Positions 46,915 through 55,483 of a DNA stretch of 64,000 bases are shown in pieces (the first letter of the stretch is position 1; each line of letters starts with the position of its first letter). The stretch is from IMG/VR virus record IMGVR_UViG_3300027282_000088, positions 1-64,000 of that record. One strand, given 5' to 3'. The notes below the pieces were generated by a model, which saw only the letters and a program-made list of their open reading frames with translations, ran no database searches and was not told the origin of the DNA. The translations under genes and the position numbers were made by a program. The DNA is from a virus. Taxonomy: Duplodnaviria > Caudoviricetes.

Positions 46915-47712
46915 ATGACACCCTCTATTGCGCCCCTGCGGAATGTCGCGGCGCTGATTGGCCTGGTCGAACGAGTTCAGACCCGCGCCTTTGGTCTGCC
47001 CGGCATGGCCACGTTCTACGGCCCCTCCGGCTGGGGCAAGACTACCGCCGTGACGGTCGCGGCCAACGAGTATCAGGCCCATGTTGTCCAGGTCAAAGAC
47101 TGCTGGACACCGACGTATTTCGCGCAGGCAGTTTTGCGGGAGATTGGCCTTACGCCGGTGCGCGGCGTGCCCGCGATGGTGGACGCCATCGGCGCGCAGC
47201 TCGCCCGGACCGACCGGCCGCTCATCATCGATGACGCGCAATATCTCCTGCGCAAGCGGATGATCGAGCTTGCCCGCGACATCTACGAGAGCAGTCAGGC
47301 CCCGATTATTCTGGTCGGTGAGGAAAAGTTGCCGCAGGATTTGACCCGCTGGGAGAACATTCACAACCGGCAACTTGCATGGGAGCCCGCTCTTGCCTGC
47401 AATATCAGCGACGCGCAGAAGCTGGCCTCGATCTATGCGGCCGGCATCGACGTCGCGGACGATCTTCTGACCTCCATCGTTGACGCCTCGGGCGGCTCGA
47501 TCCGTCGCGTGGCGATCAACCTCGCACGTGCCAAGGAACTCGCCCACGGGCGGGGTCGCCGGTTGGCGGATCTTGATCTATGGGGCAACCGGGTCTTCGA
47601 GACAGGCCAGCCTCCGGCAGTACGTCGCGTCGATGATTTCCGCCCGGCGGCGGCGCGTGGTCCGGATACGGTCGTGCCGCTTGGGCCGGGCGGAAAGGCG
47701 GTGCGCGCATGA
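46915..47712 (+). CDS. Transposition protein B, AAA+ ATPase
   Basis: GPSGWGKT, LIIDDAQ. Confidence 0.92.
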   Translation: MTPSIAPLRNVAALIGLVERVQTRAFGLPGMATFYGPSGWGKTTAVTVAANEYQAHVVQVKDCWTPTYFAQAVLREIGLTPVRGVPAMVDAIGAQLARTDRPLIIDDAQYLLRKRMIELARDIYESSQAPIILVGEEKLPQDLTRWENIHNRQLAWEPALACNISDAQKLASIYAAGIDVADDLLTSIVDASGGSIRRVAINLARAKELAHGRGRRLADLDLWGNRVFETGQPPAVRRVDDFRPAAARGPDTVVPLGPGGKAVRA

Positions 47713-48239
47713 GCGACCTCTTTGCGCAGATGTGGGCAGAGGTGAAAGGCCTCGAGGAGTTCGACTGGGCCGAGGTGGCCCGGCGCGGGTGCAGCCGCGA
47801 GACCGCCGTCCGCTATATCCGCCACTGGATGGACGCAGGCCAGATCCGCGTGACGCGGATCGCGCGTAATGGCAAGCGCTGGTATGCCCCGGCCCATATG
47901 CCCCAGCCCGGCCCACAGCCGGTTACAGGCGAGGCCACGCCCGAGGGCAACATGTGGCGGGCCATGCGCCATCTGCGCCATTTCAACCCGACCGATGTGG
48001 CGGCCCATGCCAATGCCGGGGGCGTCGAGGTCACTGTCGAGAAGGCCCGTGCCTATTGCCGCCAGCTACTGGCCTCCAACCACCTGAAGGTACGCCAGAC
48101 GGCCATCCCCGGCCGTCGTGAGGCGCTCTACCAGATAATCGAGGATACTGGCCCACGTGCCCCCAAGCCCGTGCGATTGGCGGGCATCCTTGATCCCAAC
48201 ACGGGCGATTTCAGCCCGGCGAAAGGCGGTGCGGCATGA
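47709..48239 (+). CDS. Winged-helix-like hypothetical protein
   Basis: Homologue of 8707-9240. Confidence 0.7.
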   Translation: MSDLFAQMWAEVKGLEEFDWAEVARRGCSRETAVRYIRHWMDAGQIRVTRIARNGKRWYAPAHMPQPGPQPVTGEATPEGNMWRAMRHLRHFNPTDVAAHANAGGVEVTVEKARAYCRQLLASNHLKVRQTAIPGRREALYQIIEDTGPRAPKPVRLAGILDPNTGDFSPAKGGAA

Positions 48240-48610
48240 GCGCGCTGGACACCGCCCGCGAGTTCTGGGGCGAGGCCTTGCCCGACTGGGTGGCCGCTCT
48301 GGCCGAGGCCTGCGACCGGGATAGCCAGAACAAGGTGGCGCGGCGGATGGAGCGCAGTGCGTCGCTGGTCTCGAGCATCCTGCGCAACCGCTATCAGGCG
48401 GATACGAGCCTCGTTGAGGATCTCGTGCGCGGGCATTTCATGAAGGCGACCGTTGCCTGCCCCGTCCAGGGCGAAATCGGGCTACAGGTCTGCCGCAAAT
48501 GGCGCGGCAAGGCGCGTCATTTCGAGAACGTCAACTCGCAGACCGTCACTATGTACCGCGCCTGCAACCGGTGCCCGGTCCACATGGGGGACGACGATGC
48601 AGAAGCATAG
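48236..48610 (+). CDS. HTH / Cys-rich hypothetical protein
   Basis: Homologue of 9237-9611. Confidence 0.7.
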   Translation: MSALDTAREFWGEALPDWVAALAEACDRDSQNKVARRMERSASLVSSILRNRYQADTSLVEDLVRGHFMKATVACPVQGEIGLQVCRKWRGKARHFENVNSQTVTMYRACNRCPVHMGDDDAEA

Positions 48611-48944
48611 CCTCCTTCTTCCGGCGATGCTGGACATGGCGCGGCGTGGCAAGCGCCCCTGCGAGATCGCCGAGTTGACCGGCATGTCCCCCAATGCCGT
48701 CTCGTGTCGACTGAGCTACTGGCGCAAGCGCGGCGTGAACGTGGCACCCGCCCGTTCCGGCCCCCTGCCCGCACGCCGCAAGATTTGCGCCACGGGCGTG
48801 GCCGAGGATTTGCGCGACCTGCTCAAGGTGCACGCCGATCTGCGCGGCGTGACCGTGGGCGTGCTGGCGCGCGACATCCTCGACCGCGCCGCACGCGACA
48901 ATCTGATCGACGCCGTTCTCGACGACAAGGAGACCGACGCATGA
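48597..48944 (+). CDS. HTH-containing hypothetical protein
   Basis: EIAELTGMSPNAV HTH; shares C-terminus RDNLIDA.LDDKETDA with 9598-9948. Confidence 0.65.
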   Translation: MQKHSLLLPAMLDMARRGKRPCEIAELTGMSPNAVSCRLSYWRKRGVNVAPARSGPLPARRKICATGVAEDLRDLLKVHADLRGVTVGVLARDILDRAARDNLIDAVLDDKETDA

Positions 48945-49141
48945 ACGCCCCCGAACTCAACCGCTGGAGCCCCGACGAGATGCTGCGCCTTGCAGCCTCG
49001 GGAGTGGCCAAGGTGGACCTGCTTGGCCCGCGCGGCAGTACGCTCTGCTCGATGGACGAGATCGCCGCCATGGCCGCCGTCTGCGCGCTCCACGGCGTGG
49101 GTCCAAGCCTCCTTTCAACACCCCCTTCAACAGGAGAGTAA
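48941..49141 (+). CDS. Hypothetical protein
   Basis: Near-identical to 9945-10145. Confidence 0.65.
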   Translation: MNAPELNRWSPDEMLRLAASGVAKVDLLGPRGSTLCSMDEIAAMAAVCALHGVGPSLLSTPPSTGE

Positions 49142-49142
49142 A

Positions 49143-49793
49143 ATGTCTGAATTCACCCCCCGCCCGGTGCCGTCGGGCATCATCGAGGAGAACGGCCGCC
49201 GCAAGATGGTCGACGCCAAGGGCCGCGAGGTGCCGCTCGATCTCGTGCGCGCGCAAGACCAGCTGATGGATGAGCAGGTGCGCAAGATCGCCGGATATGC
49301 GCTGGCGCTGAGTGACCAGCTCAAGCGCTTCAAGGAGCACACCTTCGACGACATCTCGGACTTCGAGGCGATCCTCGCGCAAGAGTACGATACGACCGTG
49401 GGCGGGGCCAAAGGCAACAAGACGCTGTCCACCTATGACGGGCTCTATCAGGTGCAGGTGCAGGTACAGGACCGCGTTGACTTCGGCCCCGAGTTGCAGA
49501 TCGCCAAGGGCCTGATCGACGAATGCCTCAATGAGTGGGCCGCCGACAGCCGCCCGGAAATTCAGGCCATCGTGACGCGCGCCTTCAACACCGACAAGGA
49601 AGGCCAGATCAACCGCGCCGAGATCTTCATGCTGCTGCGCCTCGACATCGCCGATGCCCGCTGGAACCGGGCGATGGACGCCATCCGCGACGCCATGCGC
49701 GTGGTTGGCAAGGCCACCTATGTGCGCGTGAAGCACCGCCCCAACACCGAAGCGCCATGGCAGACCGTGGTTCTCGATCTGGCGAAGGTGTGA
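49143..49793 (+). CDS. DUF3164 family protein
   Basis: GGAKGNKTL, FGPELQ, AFNTDKEG. Confidence 0.82.
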   Translation: MSEFTPRPVPSGIIEENGRRKMVDAKGREVPLDLVRAQDQLMDEQVRKIAGYALALSDQLKRFKEHTFDDISDFEAILAQEYDTTVGGAKGNKTLSTYDGLYQVQVQVQDRVDFGPELQIAKGLIDECLNEWAADSRPEIQAIVTRAFNTDKEGQINRAEIFMLLRLDIADARWNRAMDAIRDAMRVVGKATYVRVKHRPNTEAPWQTVVLDLAKV

Positions 49794-49797
49794 GGGT

Positions 49798-49986
49798 ATG
49801 AGCGCCGTTCTAATCATTGTGGCTGGGGTCGTCTTTCATCTGCTGGCGCTGATGGTCGCCGCATTGTGCGGCCAGCAGCTTGACAAGGGCGAGTTAGATA
49901 AGGCGAAGGCGACCTCCATTGCCGCGCCATTTTTCAGCCTGCTGGGCACGGCACTCGTCGTCTTGGCTCTTCAGTCGAGGTTCTGA
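49798..49986 (+). CDS. Two-TM small membrane protein
   Basis: Two hydrophobic stretches; absent from prophage 1. Confidence 0.55.
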   Translation: MSAVLIIVAGVVFHLLALMVAALCGQQLDKGELDKAKATSIAAPFFSLLGTALVVLALQSRF

Positions 49987-49989
49987 GAG

Positions 49990-50229
49990 ATGGACGACAC
50001 CGTCAACAAGCTGCTTGCGGCAGCGGAACAAACCTCCAGCGCGTCCTTCGATTTGATCGAGGCCGCGCGCGAGGGCAAGATTTGCCCGGTCGGGAATATC
50101 AGGGGCGGCGACACCCTCGCGATTTTGGCCGACGCGATGCGGCTCCTGATCGAGGTGATGCCCGGCGAGGATGAAGACCGCGACCAGTTGCTCGGCGCGG
50201 TCACCCGTTACTTGGAGAGTTCGCTATGA
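49990..50229 (+). CDS. Hypothetical protein
   Basis: Operon-embedded ORF. Confidence 0.55.
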   Translation: MDDTVNKLLAAAEQTSSASFDLIEAAREGKICPVGNIRGGDTLAILADAMRLLIEVMPGEDEDRDQLLGAVTRYLESSL

Positions 50230-50432
50230 GCCGTCCGAGCTATGAGCCTTTTACCGAGGAATGCCGCAACCCGGGCAGGGACGACAATTGGACCTGCCCG
50301 GGTTGCTATCACGATTTGGGAGACGTCAGCTGGGGCACCCATACCTGCCCTGAGTGCGAGCGCCGGATCGTGTGTTCAATCGAGGTGGAACCGGTCTGCG
50401 TCGCGACGTTGGCCAGCACAATAGAGGAATGA
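50226..50432 (+). CDS. Zinc-ribbon protein
   Basis: CPGC...CPEC. Confidence 0.6.
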   Translation: MSRPSYEPFTEECRNPGRDDNWTCPGCYHDLGDVSWGTHTCPECERRIVCSIEVEPVCVATLASTIEE

Positions 50433-50435
50433 GCA

Positions 50436-50696
50436 ATGACTTCTCAGGATGATAACTATCGGGTGACTGCAGAAGAGCTGCGCCAGTTCATCGAACGGTG
50501 GGAGCAGCTTGAATCTGAGAAGAAGGACCTCACGGAGCATCAAAAGGAGCTGATGGCAGAGGCCAAAGGGCGCGGTTACGACACCGCCGTGATGCGCAAG
50601 ATCATCGCCCTGCGCAAGCGTGACATCAACGACGTCGCCGAGGAACAGGCGGTTCTCGAGATGTACGCGCAAGCGCTCGGGATGACACTGGCATGA
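50436..50696 (+). CDS. GapR-like nucleoid-associated protein (DUF2312)
   Basis: ELRQFIERWEQLESEKK...AEAKGRGYDTAVMRKIIALRKRD...EQAVLEMY. Confidence 0.88.
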   Translation: MTSQDDNYRVTAEELRQFIERWEQLESEKKDLTEHQKELMAEAKGRGYDTAVMRKIIALRKRDINDVAEEQAVLEMYAQALGMTLA

Positions 50697-51145
50697 ACCG
50701 CGCGCTGCAACAGCTGATCTTCGTGGCCTGCCGCCAGTTGGGCCTCGACGACGAAGCCCGCCGCGACTTGCAGGTCAGCGTCACCGGCAAGGCGTCTTTG
50801 CGCGACATGAACGACGGCGAGTTGAAGCTGATCGTCAACCGGCTGAAGCAGGCCGGGTTCGAGGATCGTCCCCGCAACCCGCGCCACAAGCCCGCACCGC
50901 GTGCCGATCTGCGCATGATCCACGTCCTCTGGCGCAAGCTCGGACAGTCCGGCGCGCTGCGCGACCCCTCCCGCGCCGGGCTCAACAAGTTCATCCGGGC
51001 GCGGTTCGGGAGCGTCTGGGGATCGGTCCCGGCTGATGTCGACATGCTGCGCGCGTGGGAACAGATCGACGCCGTCATTCAGGCCCTCAAAACGTGGGGC
51101 CAGCGGCAGAACATCGACTTCGATTGGGAGGACCACCGCCGGTGA
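50693..51145 (+). CDS. GemA/gp16-like (DUF1018) protein
   Basis: Homologue of 10802-11254. Confidence 0.8.
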   Translation: MNRALQQLIFVACRQLGLDDEARRDLQVSVTGKASLRDMNDGELKLIVNRLKQAGFEDRPRNPRHKPAPRADLRMIHVLWRKLGQSGALRDPSRAGLNKFIRARFGSVWGSVPADVDMLRAWEQIDAVIQALKTWGQRQNIDFDWEDHRR

Positions 51146-51393
51146 AAAAGCCACGCCACCCCGCCTCTGTCCATGCCGTGATCCGCTATCTCGAGCGGGT
51201 CAAAGGCGTGGATATCGACGCGCTCCGCCGCGAGATCGGGCGCGTTGTGGAGGAGGGCCTCGAGGCCGGTGCCTGCGGCGTGATCAGTGGCGGGTTCGTC
51301 TACAGGATCGAGGGCGGTTGCGTTGTGACCGTCACACGGCAGAACACGCCGCCTCCGGGGCGGCGGCGCAGGAAGGTGCCCCATGGAGAATGA
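51142..51393 (+). CDS. Hypothetical protein
   Basis: Homologue of 11251-11502. Confidence 0.65.
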   Translation: MKKPRHPASVHAVIRYLERVKGVDIDALRREIGRVVEEGLEAGACGVISGGFVYRIEGGCVVTVTRQNTPPPGRRRRKVPHGE

Positions 51394-51772
51394 ACCTCTC
51401 TGGGTCGACGAGATGCGCGCCGATCTGGGCGATGCCCCGGTCGAGCGTTTCTTGCTCCGTGCAGGCGGCATGCGCCTCTATGTGCCCGGGACGCCAAAGA
51501 CCAAAAGCCAGCTGACGGCGCTCGGAGGGCCGGATATTGCCAGATGGATTTCCGACCGCTACGCTGGTGACTACGTGGACGTGCCCTCCATCCGGGCGCA
51601 GACCCGAGACGGTCTGAGACAGGCCCTGCGCGACGCCCCGGACACGCCGGTCAATGAACTGGCCAACCGTTTCGGCGTGACCGCCCGCCGTGTTTTGCAG
51701 GTCAAGGCGGAGTTGGCACAGGAGGAAGAGCCCCCTCTTCTGGCCGTCATGCGAAGGGCTTCATCTGAATAA
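51383..51772 (+). CDS. Mor/C-family transcription activator
   Basis: GGMRLYVP plus C-terminal HTH. Confidence 0.78.
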   Translation: MENEPLWVDEMRADLGDAPVERFLLRAGGMRLYVPGTPKTKSQLTALGGPDIARWISDRYAGDYVDVPSIRAQTRDGLRQALRDAPDTPVNELANRFGVTARRVLQVKAELAQEEEPPLLAVMRRASSE

Positions 51773-51794
51773 GCAGCGGCACCCCCTTTATCCT
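51752..51794 (+). promoter_or_regulatory. Putative late (lysis) promoter, prophage 2
   Basis: CGAAGGGCTTCA-TCTGA, 25 nt to TATCCT. Confidence 0.65.
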
Positions 51795-51813
51795 GACGGG
51801 AAAGGGGGCACCC

Positions 51814-52425
51814 ATGCAAACAGTCCGAACCATTGCCGAAGAGATTGTCGCCCGTGAGGGCGGCTATGTGAATGACCCCGCCGACCCCGGCGGGGCGACC
51901 AATTTTGGCGTCACGATCCACACCATGCGCAGCCTCGGCCTTGATCTCGACCGGGACGGCGACGTGGACGTGGCCGATGTGCGCCTCATGACCCACGCCC
52001 GCGCCGTCGATATCTTCATCGAGCATTACTTCGTGCGGCCGCGCATCGCGGACCTTCCCGAAGTGCTGCACGCAAGCGTCTTCGACATGCAGGTCAATGC
52101 CGGGTCCAACGCCGTGAAAATCCTGCAGCGCCTTGCAACGGAGATGGGCTTTGCGGCGACGGCGGATGGCGCAATCGGTCCGGCCACCCTGCGCGCGGTG
52201 CGCGCCGCTCATGACGCGGCCCCAGATCACATCGCAGACGCCTACGCTGTCGCGCGGCGCAATTACTATTTCCGCCTCGCCGATGCGCGGCCCGCAAGCC
52301 GCAAGTTCGCGCGCTCCCGCGCTGGCGGCAAAGGCGGCTGGATCAGGCGCGCCGAGGAATTCATGTCGGCGCGCTACCGGATGACGGACGCGCAATTCAA
52401 GCAAAGGACAGCATCATGGGGTTAA
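51814..52425 (+). CDS. Endolysin, GH108
   Basis: EGGYVNDPADPGGATNFGVT. Confidence 0.9.
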   Translation: MQTVRTIAEEIVAREGGYVNDPADPGGATNFGVTIHTMRSLGLDLDRDGDVDVADVRLMTHARAVDIFIEHYFVRPRIADLPEVLHASVFDMQVNAGSNAVKILQRLATEMGFAATADGAIGPATLRAVRAAHDAAPDHIADAYAVARRNYYFRLADARPASRKFARSRAGGKGGWIRRAEEFMSARYRMTDAQFKQRTASWG

Positions 52426-52988
52426 TCCGATTTCTGGGCGCGCTGTTTGGCGGCGGCCGCAATGTCATCGCCGAGACGGCAGAAGTTTTTAGGCCCAATG
52501 CCGAAAAGGCGGACGCAAGGGAGGCGTCGTTTCAGCAGGCGGCGCTGAGCCAGATGGCGGCCGAGTTCACCGGCGGACAAGGCGCGTGGGGCCAGTTTGT
52601 AGACGGTCTGAACCGCCTGCCGCGCCCGGCCATGGCCTTTGGCTGCATTTTTCTCTTCTGGTCTGCCATGTCGGACCCGATCTGGTTTGCGGAGCGGATG
52701 ACCGGCCTCGCCCTTGTGCCCGAACCGCTCTGGGCGCTGATGGGGGCCATTGTTGCCTTCTACTTCGGCGCGCGCGAGCTTCACAAGTTCCGGGGTGTCT
52801 CGATGCAGAAGGAAGCCGCCAGGATCATCACGCAGGCACCTAAGGTGGCGAGCAACATCGCCCAATTGCGGGCGCTGCGTCACGATAGTCCTGGAGCAGC
52901 CGATACCGGTCCAGATGCTGAAGTCGCGTTGGCTTCAATCGAAGTGACGGACAATCCGGCAATTGATGACTGGAAGCGCGCGGCATGA
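52416..52988 (+). CDS. Holin (GTA 3TM-holin-like)
   Basis: Homologue of 12526-13098. Confidence 0.78.
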   Translation: MGLIRFLGALFGGGRNVIAETAEVFRPNAEKADAREASFQQAALSQMAAEFTGGQGAWGQFVDGLNRLPRPAMAFGCIFLFWSAMSDPIWFAERMTGLALVPEPLWALMGAIVAFYFGARELHKFRGVSMQKEAARIITQAPKVASNIAQLRALRHDSPGAADTGPDAEVALASIEVTDNPAIDDWKRAA

Positions 52989-53329
52989 TGGATTGGGATA
53001 TCTTCTGGAAGGCGACCGGCGTCATTTTCCCGATGCTGGTAGCTTTCTACACCTTCGTCGCCACGCGCCGCAAAGATCTCGACAAGGACCTGAAGGACGG
53101 GCGCGACCGCATGGACAGGCACGAAAGCCGGATCTCGCGGATTGAGCAGACGATCTCCAGCATGCCGGGCCGGGATGACATGCACGCGCTGCAGCTCGAA
53201 CTGGTCAAGCAGACCGGAGCAATGGAGAAAATGGCAGCCGTGATGGAAGGCAACGCAAAAATCACTGAGCGGCTGGAGATCATCGTCACACGCCACGAAC
53301 AACACCTGCTCGATGGAGGCAAGAAGTGA
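52985..53329 (+). CDS. DUF2730-like protein
   Basis: Homologue of 13095-13439. Confidence 0.65.
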   Translation: MMDWDIFWKATGVIFPMLVAFYTFVATRRKDLDKDLKDGRDRMDRHESRISRIEQTISSMPGRDDMHALQLELVKQTGAMEKMAAVMEGNAKITERLEIIVTRHEQHLLDGGKK

Positions 53330-53628
53330 GCGATTATCAGACAACCCTCCGCAAGCACCGCCGTCTGGCGATCCTGCGGCATCTCGAGCAGGTCTCGGGC
53401 TACACCGCCAACGCCTCGATCCTGCGCGACGTCCTGAACGGCGTGGGTGTCGGTTCCACCTTCGACCAGGTCACGACTGAGCTGGCCTGGCTGCAGGAAG
53501 TCGGCATGGTGACGATGATCGATCACGGCGACTTTGTCATTGCCGAGGCGACCCGGCGCGGCATCGAGGTTGCGCGCGGTGAGGCGCCGCATCCGGACGT
53601 TCAGCGCCCAAGCGCGCGGAGGCTCTGA
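53326..53628 (+). CDS. Winged-helix protein (Mu gp26-like position)
   Basis: Homologue of 13436-13738. Confidence 0.7.
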   Translation: MSDYQTTLRKHRRLAILRHLEQVSGYTANASILRDVLNGVGVGSTFDQVTTELAWLQEVGMVTMIDHGDFVIAEATRRGIEVARGEAPHPDVQRPSARRL

Positions 53629-53629
53629 C

Positions 53630-54202
53630 ATGCCCCCGCCTCGCAAGGTCGAACTCTTGCCGCCGGAGCTACGCGCGCGGCTCCACGGCTGGTGGAAGGA
53701 AAAGGGCTTTCACGGCTACGAGGAGCTGACGGATGAGCTCAATTTCTGGCTGGAGGAAGAAGGCCTCGAGCTGCGCATCGGCAAGAGCGCCCTGCATGCC
53801 TACGGGCAGGAGTACGAGCAGTTCGTCAAGCTCCAGGACGAAGCCGGAGCCTGGGCACAACAATGGCTGGCCGACAATGACCTATCGGAAGAGGCCGACC
53901 GCCACCGCGTCCTCTTCCAGATGATGACCAGCGTCGCCTTCAAGGTGCTCAAATCGCAGATGGGCAAGGAGGGCGAGGACATCGACCCGCGCGAGCTGCA
54001 TTTCCTCGGCAAGATGATGAAGGACATCATGTCGAGCGCCGGGATCCGCGAGCAGCTCTTGGTCAAGGAACGCGCCCGCATCGCCGCCGAGGAGCGGGCG
54101 AACGCCGTCGAGGCGCTGGACAGCGCCCGCGATGAGCTGGGGCTCTCGAGCGACGTCATCGGCAAGCTGCGCCGGGAGTTTCTGGGGGTGCGCGGTGGAT
54201 GA
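53630..54202 (+). CDS. Terminase small subunit (DUF3486-like)
   Basis: Homologue of 13740-14309. Confidence 0.82.
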   Translation: MPPPRKVELLPPELRARLHGWWKEKGFHGYEELTDELNFWLEEEGLELRIGKSALHAYGQEYEQFVKLQDEAGAWAQQWLADNDLSEEADRHRVLFQMMTSVAFKVLKSQMGKEGEDIDPRELHFLGKMMKDIMSSAGIREQLLVKERARIAAEERANAVEALDSARDELGLSSDVIGKLRREFLGVRGG

Positions 54203-54434
54203 ATTGATACCGACAGCACTGGATGACCTCGCGGGAATACCGAACAAGGATCTGTCGACCGGTGGGAAAGTGATGGTGGGTGACCACAACTGGCGTCGCG
54301 CCCCATTGTCCCACCGCGTGCGAATATTTCTGTTCGGGCGCAGGGAGCGCATCACGCATCTGGGCGTGCACTGCACCATCGCGTGGTGGCGGGAGCAGCC
54401 CTATCTGATCTGGATTGCCGAGGCGCGTCCATGA
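54195..54434 (+). CDS. Hypothetical protein (terS-terL insert, ORF1)
   Basis: GTG start overlapping terS end. Confidence 0.55.
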   Translation: MDELIPTALDDLAGIPNKDLSTGGKVMVGDHNWRRAPLSHRVRIFLFGRRERITHLGVHCTIAWWREQPYLIWIAEARP

Positions 54435-54727
54435 TCCGCGCCATTGAATTCCCCAACCCGGCTGAGTTCCGCCGCCAAAAACTGCCGGGCAGTTTCCACA
54501 TCGATCTGACCCAAGGCGGCCCGGACGGCGCGGCCCTCTGGTTTTACTGCCCCTGCGGCTGCGACGGTCCGTCCCGGATCATTATCGGCCTGCGCGGCAA
54601 GCCCGCGTCTACCCCGAGCTGGGATTGGAACGGGTCCATGTCCGAGCCGACGCTCACGCCGTCGGTCAATCAACTGCGTTGCGGCTGGCACGGCTGGCTG
54701 CGCGACGGCTACTGGGAGGTTGCATAA
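54431..54727 (+). CDS. DUF6527-like Cys/His protein (insert ORF2)
   Basis: FYCPCGC...WDWNGS...PTLTPSV...CGWHGWLRDG. Confidence 0.65.
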   Translation: MIRAIEFPNPAEFRRQKLPGSFHIDLTQGGPDGAALWFYCPCGCDGPSRIIIGLRGKPASTPSWDWNGSMSEPTLTPSVNQLRCGWHGWLRDGYWEVA

Positions 54728-55017
54728 TGTCTGAACTGGTTTTCATCTGGGCTGTTTATCTGCTGGCGCAATTCGCCGACGTGGCGTCCACGCGCGCCGC
54801 CCTGCGCGGCGGGCTGGTCGAGGCCAACCCGCTCATGGCCCGCCTCATGGGCCTGACGGGCAATTGGTGGGCCGTCAAGCTCGGCGTGGCACTCGCTGCT
54901 GGCATTCTGCTGACGTGGCTGGGTCAAGAGCGCTGGATCATGCTGCTCGCCGCGATCACCGGCGGCGTGGCCGTGAACAACTGGCGGCTGGTCCGCAAGC
55001 ATCGGGAGCGGCGCTGA
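54727..55017 (+). CDS. DUF5658-like membrane protein (insert ORF3)
   Basis: ADVAST...GLVEANPLMA; three hydrophobic helices. Confidence 0.62.
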   Translation: MSELVFIWAVYLLAQFADVASTRAALRGGLVEANPLMARLMGLTGNWWAVKLGVALAAGILLTWLGQERWIMLLAAITGGVAVNNWRLVRKHRERR

Positions 55018-55289
55018 TGGCCACACCCGCCCAAATCGCCAACGACATGGCCGCGCATGCCAAATACTGGGCCGGGCGTGATTGTAACATAGAGCGCGTT
55101 TGCCGCGACGCGGCGTGGGTGATCCGTTCGATGCTGGAGGGACCAAAGGTAGACGGCCGCACGTACGGCGGCGTTCATCGGCGGCTCTTGAGATTGGAAA
55201 TGGGTCCGGGCTGGAGGGTCAAAGGCTATCCGGACCTTGTCCGTGCAAGGCTTTGTATAGAACGCCTGCGCCGGGAGGCGCGTTGTTGA
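55017..55289 (+). CDS. Hypothetical protein (insert ORF4)
   Basis: TGATG coupling at both ends. Confidence 0.55.
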   Translation: MATPAQIANDMAAHAKYWAGRDCNIERVCRDAAWVIRSMLEGPKVDGRTYGGVHRRLLRLEMGPGWRVKGYPDLVRARLCIERLRREARC

Positions 55290-55483
55290 TGGCCTATCGA
55301 TGGAAAAGACCGGACGGCAAAACCGGCAGCTGGGTTTCGACGGAGGATGCCGCAATTCAGGACGCGGTGCAGAAGAAAAGCTCAGGTCCGGGCCTCAAGG
55401 TTACGTTCGACCTTACCATTGCTCGGCTGCTCTTCAAATCGCTCGCCCGCAACGGTTGGAGTATAGAGGAGGGTAACCCGTGA
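55289..55483 (+). CDS. Hypothetical protein (insert ORF5)
   Basis: Coupled to terL start. Confidence 0.55.
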   Translation: MAYRWKRPDGKTGSWVSTEDAAIQDAVQKKSSGPGLKVTFDLTIARLLFKSLARNGWSIEEGNP

